From Gemmatimonadaceae bacterium (GTDB lineage: Bacteria > Gemmatimonadota > Gemmatimonadetes > Gemmatimonadales > Gemmatimonadaceae), in assembly GCA_040901985.1 (NCBI GenBank), contig JBBDYC010000002.1:4349-21862 (forward strand): a stretch of 17,514 nt of DNA. The letters are read 5' to 3'. This document shows positions 8,463 to 17,499 of this stretch, piece by piece. Numbering within the stretch: position 1 is the first letter of the stretch; every line of letters begins with the position of its first letter. Below the pieces are notes generated by a model that saw nothing but the letters and a program-made list of their open reading frames with translations, was not told the origin of the DNA and ran no database searches. The position numbers and the translations under genes are program-made.

Positions 8463-9650
8463 TCAGCCGATGGCCGTCTCCAAGAGCCCGAGTCCCTCGG
8501 CCAACTCCTTTCGGGTCATCACCAGCGGTGGCAGCAGTCGGAGGGTGTGGTCGCCGGCGGAAATCACGACGAGCCCGAGGTTCAAAGCCCGCGCCATGAT
8601 GTCCTTGGCGGGGTCGGTGACGTCCACCCCCCACATGAAGCCGCGCCCGCGCACCGCCCGGACCTTGGGCGAACGGCTCCGCAACCCATCCAGCTGCTTC
8701 CCCAGCCACGCGCCGTCCTTCGCCACGTGCGACAACAGCTTGGGGTCGCGAATCCGGTCGAAGACGTAATTGGCCACGTGCGCCACCAACGGCCCGCCGC
8801 CGAACGTCGTCCCGTGATCCCCCGGCTGCATCGTCGCCCCGACCGCCTCGGTCAGCAGCACGGCCCCCATCGGCAGGCCGTTTGCCATCGGCTTGGCGAT
8901 CGTCAGGAGGTCTGGGACGATGCCGAGCTGCTCGTACGCGAAGAAGGTCCCCGTCCGCCCGTAGCCGCATTGAATTTCGTCGAGGATCAGCAGCACGTTG
9001 CGTTCACGCGTGAGGGCGCGCAGCTCGCGGAGAAATCCGCTGTCCACCACCCGAACGCCGCCCTCGCCCTGGATCGGCTCGACGATCACTGCGCACGTCT
9101 CAGCGTCACTGATCACACGGGCGAGCTCGGCGATGTCTCGCTCGTGGATGTGGATGCCGCCGGCGAGCGGACGGAAGGGATTGCGATACTGCGGCCGATC
9201 GGTGGCGGCAACGGTGCCGAAGAGGCGCCCGTGGAAGCCGCCACGCAGCGCAATGATCTCGTGCTTGGCCGGCCCGCCCACCGCCCGCCCCCACCGGCGC
9301 GCCATCTTGAAGGCCCCCTCGTTGGCCTCGGCGCCGGAGTTGCAGAAGAAGACCCGGTCCGCGAACGACGACGCCACCAGCTTCGCCGCCAGCCGCTCGC
9401 CCGGTTCCGTGCGGAAGAGATTCGACGTGTGAATCAGGCCCGTGTCGAGCGCTTCCATCATCGCCTGTCGGACACCGGGGTCGTTGTAGCCGAGCGCATT
9501 GACGGCGATCCCGGCGGCAAAGTCGAGATAGCGGCGCCCGTCGGCGTCGTAGAGGTGCACGCCATCGGCGCGCACGATCTCCATCGGCGCGCGACGGTAG
9601 AGTCCCAGCAGGGCGTCGGTCATGGATGAGGGGGTGGCGGCAGCGGTCAC
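8463..9650 (-). CDS. argD: Acetylornithine aminotransferase (class III PLP enzyme)
   Basis: YLDFAAGIAVNALG, FFCNSGAEANE, FHGR, EPIQGEGG, DEIQCG, PLP lysine in TIAKP, HGTTFGG. GTG start overlaps the argB stop (GTGA, 9650-9647); alternative ATG at 9623. Confidence 0.95.
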   Translation of the reverse strand: MTAAATPSSMTDALLGLYRRAPMEIVRADGVHLYDADGRRYLDFAAGIAVNALGYNDPGVRQAMMEALDTGLIHTSNLFRTEPGERLAAKLVASSFADRVFFCNSGAEANEGAFKMARRWGRAVGGPAKHEIIALRGGFHGRLFGTVAATDRPQYRNPFRPLAGGIHIHERDIAELARVISDAETCAVIVEPIQGEGGVRVVDSGFLRELRALTRERNVLLILDEIQCGYGRTGTFFAYEQLGIVPDLLTIAKPMANGLPMGAVLLTEAVGATMQPGDHGTTFGGGPLVAHVANYVFDRIRDPKLLSHVAKDGAWLGKQLDGLRSRSPKVRAVRGRGFMWGVDVTDPAKDIMARALNLGLVVISAGDHTLRLLPPLVMTRKELAEGLGLLETAIG

Positions 9651-10417
9651 TGATGGTCCTCGGATGCGTGAACGGTACGGGCGATGGTCGTGCCAAGCGT
9701 TGGATGGGCGATGGCGTCGAGCGAGGCGACACGTACGCGTTGCACTCCGCCGGCCAGGGCCGACAGGGCTGCCTCGAGTTTTGCGAGCATCCCGCCCTGC
9801 GCGACGCCGCGCGCGGCGAGTTCCCGGATCCCATCCGGGTCGAGCCGGGGGACGCGGTGCCCATCCTCTCGCACCCCGTCCACGTCGGCGACGAACAGGA
9901 GCTCGTCGGCCTCGAGCGCAGTGGCGATGGCGGCCGCCGCATCGTCGCCGTTCACGTTGAGCCCGCCGGTGCCGCCGGCCTCGCGCGCCAGCGGCGATAC
10001 CACCGGGAGCCAGCCGCCGTCGAGCAGATGGTCGAGGAGCGCCGGGTCGGCGGCGACGTCGCGACCCACCCGCCCCAACGCCGCGTCGCCGACGCGCGCC
10101 GTCAGCAACCCGCCGTCCTCGCCGCTGACGCCGACAGCCCGTGCACCAGCGGCGGCGAGTTGCGCCACGATCCGCTTGTTCACCGTACCCGAGAGCAACA
10201 TCCGGACGATCTCGAGGTCGGCGTCGCTCGTCACGCGCCGACCGCCGATGAAGGTCGGCTCGAGCCCGAGCCGCCGCTGCATCGCCGAGACCTCGTCCCC
10301 GCCGCCGTGGACGATGACGATCCGCGTCCCGACGGCACGCGCCGCCGTCGCGACGAGGCCGGGAAGCCGCGGGTCGCCCTGCGCGCGCCCGCCGAGCTTG
10401 ATGACGCGCGTCGTCAC
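9647..10417 (-). CDS. argB: Acetylglutamate kinase
   Basis: VIKLGG, IVHGGG, GRRVT, GVSGEDG, NVNGD, GGMLAKL. GTG start overlaps the argC stop (GTGA, 10417-10414). Confidence 0.93.
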   Translation of the reverse strand: MTTRVIKLGGRAQGDPRLPGLVATAARAVGTRIVIVHGGGDEVSAMQRRLGLEPTFIGGRRVTSDADLEIVRMLLSGTVNKRIVAQLAAAGARAVGVSGEDGGLLTARVGDAALGRVGRDVAADPALLDHLLDGGWLPVVSPLAREAGGTGGLNVNGDDAAAAIATALEADELLFVADVDGVREDGHRVPRLDPDGIRELAARGVAQGGMLAKLEAALSALAGGVQRVRVASLDAIAHPTLGTTIARTVHASEDHQ

Positions 10418-11379
10418 GCGGGAAGCCCCGCCGTCTCGTCGAGGCCAAGCATGAGGTTCGCGTTCTGCACCGCCTGGCCGGCGGCACCCTTCACCAGGTT
10501 GTCTATCGCACAGAAGACTTGGAGCGTCGGGGTCCGGACGTCGGCAACGCCCCGCACCGCGATGCGCGCCACGTTGCGATGCTGCACCTGCCGCAGCTCG
10601 GGAAGCGCCCCGGTGACCTCGACGAACGGCTCGCGACCGAACCGCGAGTGCCAGAGCGAGGCGGGGTCGGCAATCGCGGCGCGGAGCGGCACGGTGATCG
10701 TCGCGAGGATCCCGCGTGCCGCCGGCAGGAGATGCGGCGTGAAGAGCAGGTCCACGTCCACACCGAGGGCCTGCACCGTCGCCCGCATCTCGGCCAGGTG
10801 CCGGTGCGTGTTGCCCACGCCGTAGGCGCGGAAGTTCTCGCTGACCTCGCCGAAGAGCAGGTCGAGGCGCGCGCTGAGCCCGGCGCCGGTGACCCCGCTT
10901 GCCGCGCTCACCTGGACCGTGGCGCCCGGCGCGATGAGGTCGCGCTCGAGGAGCGGAAGGAGGCCGAGCAGCGTAGCGGTCGGATAGCAGCCGGGATTTG
11001 CCACGCACTCGGCCCCGCGCACCGCGTCGCGCTGCCACTCCGTCAGGCCATAGGGAATCCCGTCGCTCCGTGCCCCACCGATCCGCAGGTCGCTGGAGAG
11101 ATCGACAACCTTGGCGCCGGCGGCGCGCGCCCGCACGACCCAGTCGGCGCTCGTCCCGTGCGGCAGCGCCGAAAAGACGAGTGCGGCGTCGGCAAGGCGC
11201 ACGTCCTCCGAGGCGACGAACGTCACCTCGCCGCCGAGCGGCAGCGTGACCGTCTCGCCGCGCTGGGAGTTCGCGCTCGCCCAAGCGAGGGCGAAGCGCG
11301 GGTGCCGCGCGACGAGCGCGCAGAGCTCCCGCCCCGCGTAGCCCGAGGCCCCGAGGACGCCGACTGGCATTTTATGCAC
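10414..11379 (-). CDS. argC: N-acetyl-gamma-glutamyl-phosphate reductase
   Basis: GASGYAG, ALPHG, VVDLSSDLR, catalytic ANPGCYPT, SGVTGAG, HRHLAE, IDNLVKGAAGQAVQN. Start is GTG 11379 or ATG 11370. Confidence 0.96.
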   Translation of the reverse strand: MHKMPVGVLGASGYAGRELCALVARHPRFALAWASANSQRGETVTLPLGGEVTFVASEDVRLADAALVFSALPHGTSADWVVRARAAGAKVVDLSSDLRIGGARSDGIPYGLTEWQRDAVRGAECVANPGCYPTATLLGLLPLLERDLIAPGATVQVSAASGVTGAGLSARLDLLFGEVSENFRAYGVGNTHRHLAEMRATVQALGVDVDLLFTPHLLPAARGILATITVPLRAAIADPASLWHSRFGREPFVEVTGALPELRQVQHRNVARIAVRGVADVRTPTLQVFCAIDNLVKGAAGQAVQNANLMLGLDETAGLPA

Positions 11380-11401
11380 GATTAATGCATACTATTGCCG
11401 T
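11363..11401. promoter_or_regulatory. Tandem ARG boxes overlapping the argC start and promoter
   Basis: ACTGGCATTTTATGCACG (11363-11380) and AATGCATACTATTGCCGT (11384-11401) resemble TGCAT-N4-ATGCA. They are separated by 3 bp, the classic ArgR operator geometry. A perfect minus-strand TTGACA lies at 11414-11409. Confidence 0.75.
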
Positions 11402-11483
11402 TCCGGCCTGTCAACACTTCCCGCGTCACTCGCTTTCCGCCCTGACCGCCCGATACTACACTGCGGTAACCAGGAGACCCGTC

Positions 11484-11951
11484 GTGACCGTCAGCAAGCG
11501 CGAGCGCCAGCACGCGATCCTCGAGCTCATCGGCGCGCGAGAAATCGGGAGCCAAGAGGAGCTGCGCCAGCTGCTGCACAAGCGCGGATGGGACGTCACG
11601 CAGTCCACGCTCTCGCGCGACCTCCGCGACCTTCGCGTGGCGCGCGTCCCCACCGCCGGCGGCCTCCGCTACGTCGTCGCCGACGGCGCGACCGACGACG
11701 GGAGCCGCGCGCCCCTCGCGGCGATCCTCCCCCAGCTCTTCCTCCGCCTCGACGGCGTCGGGCACCTGATCGTCCTCAAGACCGTCATCGGCGGCGCCCA
11801 GCCGATTGCCTCGGCGATTGACGCCGAGGCCAGCAGCGATATCCTGGGCACCATCGCCGGCGACGATACCATCCTGATGATCTGTCGCTCGGAACAGACG
11901 CGCGAGCGCGTCGCCCGCCGCCTGACGGGCCTCGCCCGTCGTCCCGGCTGA
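11484..11951 (+). CDS. argR: Arginine repressor
   Basis: KRERQHAI...SQEEL...VTQSTLSRDLRDL wHTH and the arginine-binding GTIAGDDT. GTG start at 11484 with SD AGGAG (11472-11476). Confidence 0.95.
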   Translation: MTVSKRERQHAILELIGAREIGSQEELRQLLHKRGWDVTQSTLSRDLRDLRVARVPTAGGLRYVVADGATDDGSRAPLAAILPQLFLRLDGVGHLIVLKTVIGGAQPIASAIDAEASSDILGTIAGDDTILMICRSEQTRERVARRLTGLARRPG

Positions 11952-11968
11952 GGCGTGGCCGCCACCGC

Positions 11969-11997
11969 TTCCAATCGCATACTTATGCGACTAGTCT
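11969..11997 (+). promoter_or_regulatory. argG promoter (TTCCAA-17-TAGTCT) with an ARG box in the spacer
   Basis: -35 TTCCAA at 11969-11974; palindrome TCGCATA-CT-TATGCGA at 11975-11990; -10 TAGTCT at 11992-11997, 7 nt before the argG ATG. No SD present. Confidence 0.72.
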
Positions 11998-12004
11998 TCT
12001 CCCC

Positions 12005-13263
<1,259 letters not shown>

Positions 13264-13267
<4 letters not shown>

Positions 13268-14670
13268 GCGGTAGCGGCGGAGCCGGAGACGGCGGCTCGC
13301 ACAAGCTGTGGGGCGGACGCTTCAGTGGAGGGCCCGCCCCCGAGCTTGATGCGGTGAACCGCTCAATCGGCACCGACCTTCGCCTCTGGCCGTTCGACAT
13401 TCGGCTGTCGCAAGCGTGGGCAACTGGCCTTGTGACGGCGAACGTGCTTTCCCCCGCTGAGGCGGCGACGATTCGCGCGGGACTCGACCGCGTGGCAGCA
13501 CGCATCGGAGGCGGCGAGTCGCCTATCGCATCGGATGAAGACGTCCACACGTTCGTCGATCGCTTGTTGCACGAGGAGGTCGGCGAACCCGCTGGCCGGC
13601 TGCCCACCGGACGCAGCCGGAATGACCAGGTCGCGACCGGTACCCGAATGTGGGTGATGGATGCGTGTGATCGCGTGGATGCACAGGTTCGTGCACTCCA
13701 GCAGGTAATGCTCACCCAAGCCGAAGCGCACACCGGCGCCATTATGCCGGCGTACACGCATCTGCAGCGCGCACAGCCGGTCTCCACGGCGCACTGGATG
13801 CTCTCACACTTCTGGCCGCTCGCGCGCGACCGCGAGCGCATCGCCGCGTCGCGACGCTCAGCAGCGGTACTTCCGCTCGGGTCGGGTGCGATCGCGGGCT
13901 CCGCATTCCCGATCCCGCGGGACGAGATCCGCGCTTCCCTCGGCTTCAGTTCGCTGTCGGCCAATTCAATTGATGCAGTGGGCGACCGTGATTTTGTGGC
14001 CGAAACTTTGTTCGCGCTGACGATGCTCGGGGTGCATTTGTCGCGGCTCGCCGAGGATTTGATCCTGTTCGGCTCGAGTGAGTTCGCCTTCGTGCGCTTC
14101 GGCGACGCCTATTCGACCGGCTCTTCGATGATGCCGCAAAAACGAAACCCCGACGCGCTGGAGCTTGCCCGCGGTTCGTCCGCGCGGATGCTCGGCGATC
14201 TGGTCGCGCTCGTCACGACACTCAAGGGACTGCCGAGCGGATACAACAAGGACCTGCAGGAAGACAAGCGGACGCTGTTCGATGCGGTCGATGGGATCAC
14301 ATTGCTTCTGCCGGCAGTCACAGGCTCGCTGGCGACGCTGCGCTTTGACGTGAAGCGCATGCACGCGGCGGTGACGAGTGCGATGATGGCAACCGACCTT
14401 GCGGACTATCTCGTTCGCAAGCGCGTGACGTTTCGCGATGCTCACGCAGCGGTCGGTACGCTCGTTCGCGAAGCAGAAGATCGTGGCGTTGAGCTCACGG
14501 CGCTCGAGTTCGAGCGATTCCAGGCGGCGAATCCGGCGTTTGAGCGCGACGTTCTTCCGGAGTTGCTTGCGGAGTCGTCCCTCAAGCATCGCGAGTTGAT
14601 TGGTGGAACCGGTCCGAAGGCTGTAGATGCACAGCTGAAGGCTGCTCGCGCGTCAATCCGGGCCGATTGA
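13264..14670 (+). CDS. argH: Argininosuccinate lyase
   Basis: KLWGGRF, DEDVH, TGRSRNDQ, YTHLQRAQP, STGSSMMPQKRNPD, YNKDLQEDK, ATDLADYLV. GTG start overlaps the argG stop (GTGA, 13264-13267). Confidence 0.96.
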
Positions 14671-14922
14671 GGCGTTAGGAGGCGTGATCTTACCGCCGTT
14701 TCCACAGTGAAAGTTCGAATCACTCGTGCTTTCCTGAAAGTTTAATTAGATAAGCGAATTAGCCGCTGGCGCCAGGCGCTTACTGAGCAGCGATCGTGTC
14801 GATCAGCAGCTTACGTTGCACTACCTTTCCGTGGATCCTGTGCCACTCAATGTAGCATATCAACCCTTGCGCCACACCAGGTTAGCCGCCAACGTTATAT
14901 ATCTCTTTAGGCAGGATATTTC

Positions 14923-15345
14923 TTGCGGGCTGTCACGACTACGACCGCTGCCGACGTACTTCAGGTAACGCGCAAGTCGCTCGACAATCTGCTCGGGCGG
15001 ATCGGTGCAAGTGCTGTCAGTCCAGGAAGACAGGGCGTTGAGCGCCGAATTTCGGTGGCATTGCTCGAGGAGCTCGCGCTGACGGTTGAGCTGAGTCGGC
15101 GCGCTGGTATCCCTGCTCGAGAAGCGTTCGAGCTTTCTAGGGCTCTTCTTGGGCGCGCTCAGTCCGAGCCGACCGGTTCCGATGTATCCCCCGACTTCAT
15201 CGGCAGTGTCTCGCTGGGCCCCTTCGTTCAACTTGGCGCCAATCTCCGCGCCTTGCGGTGGGATCTCCAAGCAAAGCTCGAAGTAGCGATCGAGAGCGTC
15301 GTCCGTCGTCGCCGCGGTCGACCCGCTAGCGGGACCGGTCGGTAG
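14923..15345 (+). CDS. Hypothetical protein, possible HTH DNA-binding protein with a basic C-terminal RRRRGRP tail
   Basis: TTG start with a purine-rich AGGCAGGA upstream. TTTAADVLQVTRKSLDNLL looks like a MerR/excisionase-type HTH. Ends just before a strong terminator. Function is inferred. Confidence 0.7.
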   Translation: MRAVTTTTAADVLQVTRKSLDNLLGRIGASAVSPGRQGVERRISVALLEELALTVELSRRAGIPAREAFELSRALLGRAQSEPTGSDVSPDFIGSVSLGPFVQLGANLRALRWDLQAKLEVAIESVVRRRRGRPASGTGR

Positions 15346-15374
15346 CTCTGCCGCACACCTTACGATGAGCGGTA

Positions 15375-15416
15375 AATCAAACGGCCGCCCCGATTTCTCG
15401 GGGCGGCCGTTTGATT
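15375..15416. terminator. Bidirectional intrinsic terminator between convergent genes
   Basis: Perfect 19-bp inverted repeat AATCAAACGGCCGCCCCGA / TCGGGGCGGCCGTTTGATT with a 4-nt loop (TTTC; GAAA on the minus strand) and A/T-rich flanks on both sides. Confidence 0.88.
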
Positions 15417-15502
15417 GTGCCGGTTCGTGGTTACGGAACCTTCGAGACGTTCTCGGCAGCCGGCCGGACTCTCGGCCCCCTACGATGTCGAGCTTGGGAG
15501 TG

Positions 15503-15967
15503 CTACTCCGCCAGCAGACGACCAACGAATGCTGGGTTCAGCCCAAACGACGCAACGACGGCGTCGTCGCATCCTATCACCTGTATGAGGCTACGAGCGT
15601 AATTGAACTCAACCCTTGGGTCGTTAACCAACAGCGCCGCAATTTCCCGGGAATTCCCTTCCGCAACGAGCCGCTCCAGTTCCGCAACAGAATCCTCGAG
15701 CGGAGTGCCGTCGGCGCTGGTCAGCGTTTGGGCACAACCGTTCGGACACGAAATCTGAGTGCATCCGTATGGGTAGTGCCACCACTCGCCCGGCCAAGTG
15801 ATTAAGCGCGTCTCAAACAGTCCGCACGATTGGCAATTGCCTCCGCAGTCGGCGGCTGACACCGATGCGGCAGTTCCAACGCCCGGCGCGGCCGTCGCCG
15901 CACCAATTGCGACGACGAACAATCCCAAGAACGCGACCATAACGAAGACCCGAGCCCGGCGTATCAT
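15503..15967 (-). CDS. Secreted Cys-rich hypothetical protein (154 aa)
   Basis: ATG 15967 with strong SD AAGGAGG. Sec-type signal peptide (MIRRAR + hydrophobic core + ATA). Six Cys in residues 41-78 and a seventh (C133) in the C-terminal domain. Starts 11 bp after the upstream gene's stop. Confidence 0.85.
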   Translation of the reverse strand: MIRRARVFVMVAFLGLFVVAIGAATAAPGVGTAASVSAADCGGNCQSCGLFETRLITWPGEWWHYPYGCTQISCPNGCAQTLTSADGTPLEDSVAELERLVAEGNSREIAALLVNDPRVEFNYARSLIQVIGCDDAVVASFGLNPAFVGRLLAE

Positions 15968-15978
15968 ACTCCCTCCTT

Positions 15979-17244
15979 TTAGGGGCGTGACATTGGCGGA
16001 TTCATCTGAAGCCGCCAAAGGTGTACTACCGGATTTCCCTCTGCGTCGACTGCTTCGACGGATGTTGCGATGCCGGGCGCGACGAAGCCCCCGAGTGGCG
16101 CGTCAATCCGTAGCGAGGCGAGGCGAGTCATTGTGGCACCGTCAAAAACCTCAATCTGCGTGTCGAGATAGTCGCCGTACGACGTGACATTCATAACTGC
16201 TGGCGGCCTCGATGGGGGCTCAACGCCGGTCTTCCACTCGTCGTCCGCGCGGAGGACGAGGGTCCACACGCGACCATGCGGATCCACTTGAATGCCAACG
16301 ATCCTGGGGGGGGGCGCCTCTTGGTACGAAGTAGCCATCACGCGGTCTTTCGGGGCGAACCACTCAGCTGCCATGTCCCAGCTTCCAAGCAGCATACCTT
16401 GCGCCGACCAACGTTCAATCACATACGAGCCAGTGCGCACCGAAAGGAAGGTGCTGTCATTCTCAACTGCCAGCCGACGCTCTAGCCGAAAGCGCTCATC
16501 GTGGGTAATCATCCTCGTCGTCGCGTCGGTCAACCCGAAACTCCCCAATATCGCCCCTTCCCGGCTGACAAAATGCAGCGGAAGGCCGGATCGATCGCGC
16601 GTTTGTATCGTCGCCGCCAAGGCGAATCGCCCGTCACGGAGCTGAACAAATTCTGGCGCAAGAGATGAGACGTCCACCCGAAATGATGTAAGGAACGAGC
16701 CGTCGGGTGAAAGCACATTCATGCGGCGGCTCATATCGTCAAAGACGAAGACGGTGTCATTCCACGATCGGTGAACCGTAATCGCGAATCGCACTTCCCC
16801 TGGGCCATCGCCTGTTCGCATGACAGGGCGGACAGCGTCTCGTCCAAGATCTGCGATGTAAACGGGTCGATCACTGCTCCAGTCGACGAAGAGCAGTCGG
16901 CGGTCACGCAGGACTACTGCGGAACGCGGGTCGCCCTCAAGGCCCTCGGCACCACCGGTAAGGGTGATGAAGCGTCGAACTGCAATACTGCAGTTTGGGC
17001 ACCCGGCGGCCGATTCGTAGTCCTGACCTGATACCGGGGTCGAACTGAGGCTAATCAGTAACGAGGCCCCGAGGAATATCCGATAGAGGATAGGAGCGTG
17101 CCGTTCCGCAGCCGATCGCACGCTAAACTCACCCCCGCCCTCTGCAACAAGGCGCAAGCGGCCAACGGTCAGTGGGCGGCGTGATAAATAGCCGAGTGCG
17201 AACGCACCCATTCTCTCCCTTATTTCACCGGGAACCATCGCCAT
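15979..17244 (-). CDS. Secreted 6-bladed beta-propeller-like (NHL/TolB-like) protein
   Basis: Signal-like segment ILYRIFLGASLLISLSSTPVSG|Q, a CPNC motif, and the blade motif RTGDGPGEVRF...DTVFVFD...RRMNVLSPDGSFL. Further beta-rich repeats such as GIQVDPHGRVWTLV and IEVFD. Start uncertain: ATG 17244, ATG 17211 or GTG 17121. Confidence 0.78.
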   Translation of the reverse strand: MAMVPGEIRERMGAFALGYLSRRPLTVGRLRLVAEGGGEFSVRSAAERHAPILYRIFLGASLLISLSSTPVSGQDYESAAGCPNCSIAVRRFITLTGGAEGLEGDPRSAVVLRDRRLLFVDWSSDRPVYIADLGRDAVRPVMRTGDGPGEVRFAITVHRSWNDTVFVFDDMSRRMNVLSPDGSFLTSFRVDVSSLAPEFVQLRDGRFALAATIQTRDRSGLPLHFVSREGAILGSFGLTDATTRMITHDERFRLERRLAVENDSTFLSVRTGSYVIERWSAQGMLLGSWDMAAEWFAPKDRVMATSYQEAPPPRIVGIQVDPHGRVWTLVLRADDEWKTGVEPPSRPPAVMNVTSYGDYLDTQIEVFDGATMTRLASLRIDAPLGGFVAPGIATSVEAVDAEGNPVVHLWRLQMNPPMSRP

Positions 17245-17250
17245 GCCGCC

Positions 17251-17279
17251 AAGCTAACGCTGTCAGTTAACTGCGTCAA
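17251..17279 (-). promoter_or_regulatory. Sigma70-type promoter of the propeller/Cys-rich operon
   Basis: -35 TTGACG (17279-17274), 17-bp spacer, -10 TAGCTT (17256-17251), 6 nt before ATG 17244. The palindrome CAGTTAACTG (17264-17273) lies in the spacer; upstream DNA is AT-rich. Confidence 0.65.
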
Positions 17280-17485
17280 TATCTGTGTTATAGAGGCTTT
17301 GTTCTGGTTTTTGCGATATGGTACTTAATCATAATTGTAGCGCGAATTGCTGAGTAGACGATTTGGCGATCAGCGCGCAAGGCCTGCTGGAATACCTTCG
17401 GGCTGACGGGCCGGGCACCTAACGGCCTTCGCTCGGTGTTGATTGCGTTCGAACCGTCGAGTCAGCGTTGAAACTGCGCCAAAAG

Positions 17486-17499
17486 CAAACGGCCGCCCC
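17486..17499 (+). repeat. 14-bp direct repeat of the terminator arm at 15378-15391; probably the left arm of a second hairpin cut by the contig end
   Basis: CAAACGGCCGCCCC occurs at both 15378-15391 and 17486-17499, each preceded by an A-rich stretch. Confidence 0.6.

Noticed and set aside
3572..10825. Long plus-strand and alternate-frame ORFs (e.g. 3572..5272, 5806..6963, 7515..9629, 9626..10825)
   Set aside because: Arg/Pro/Ala-rich shadow ORFs overlapping well-supported genes; expected in high-GC DNA.
404..11459. NrtR half-site-like ATACTA at 405-410, 11389-11394 and 11453-11458
   Set aside because: None has the matching second half-site; they are more likely -10-like elements or chance matches.
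14708..14725. GTTCGAATC resembling a tRNA T-loop or integration-site remnant
   Set aside because: The flanks do not form a T-stem, and there is no acceptor stem, CCA or cloverleaf.
15824..15847. CxxxCxxC (CGGNCQSC) matching the radical SAM [4Fe-4S] motif
   Set aside because: The protein is 154 aa with a Sec-type signal peptide and has no room for a radical SAM barrel; the Cys are better explained as disulfides.
14860..16187. ORFs 14860..15525 (-), 15365..15805 (+) and 15798..16187 (+)
   Set aside because: They cross the terminator hairpin and/or lie antisense to better-supported genes, and lack recognisable features.
16306..16314. G9 homopolymer in the propeller gene (possible phase variation)
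   Set aside because: It encodes in-frame Pro-Pro-Pro and the ORF is intact; a single sequence gives no evidence of slippage.
14670..17480. Possible integron attC sites around the accessory genes (GTTAGCC at 14881, ACCTAAC at 17417)
   Set aside because: No complementary R''/R' pairs at attC spacing, no integrase in the window, and the cassette has its own promoter.
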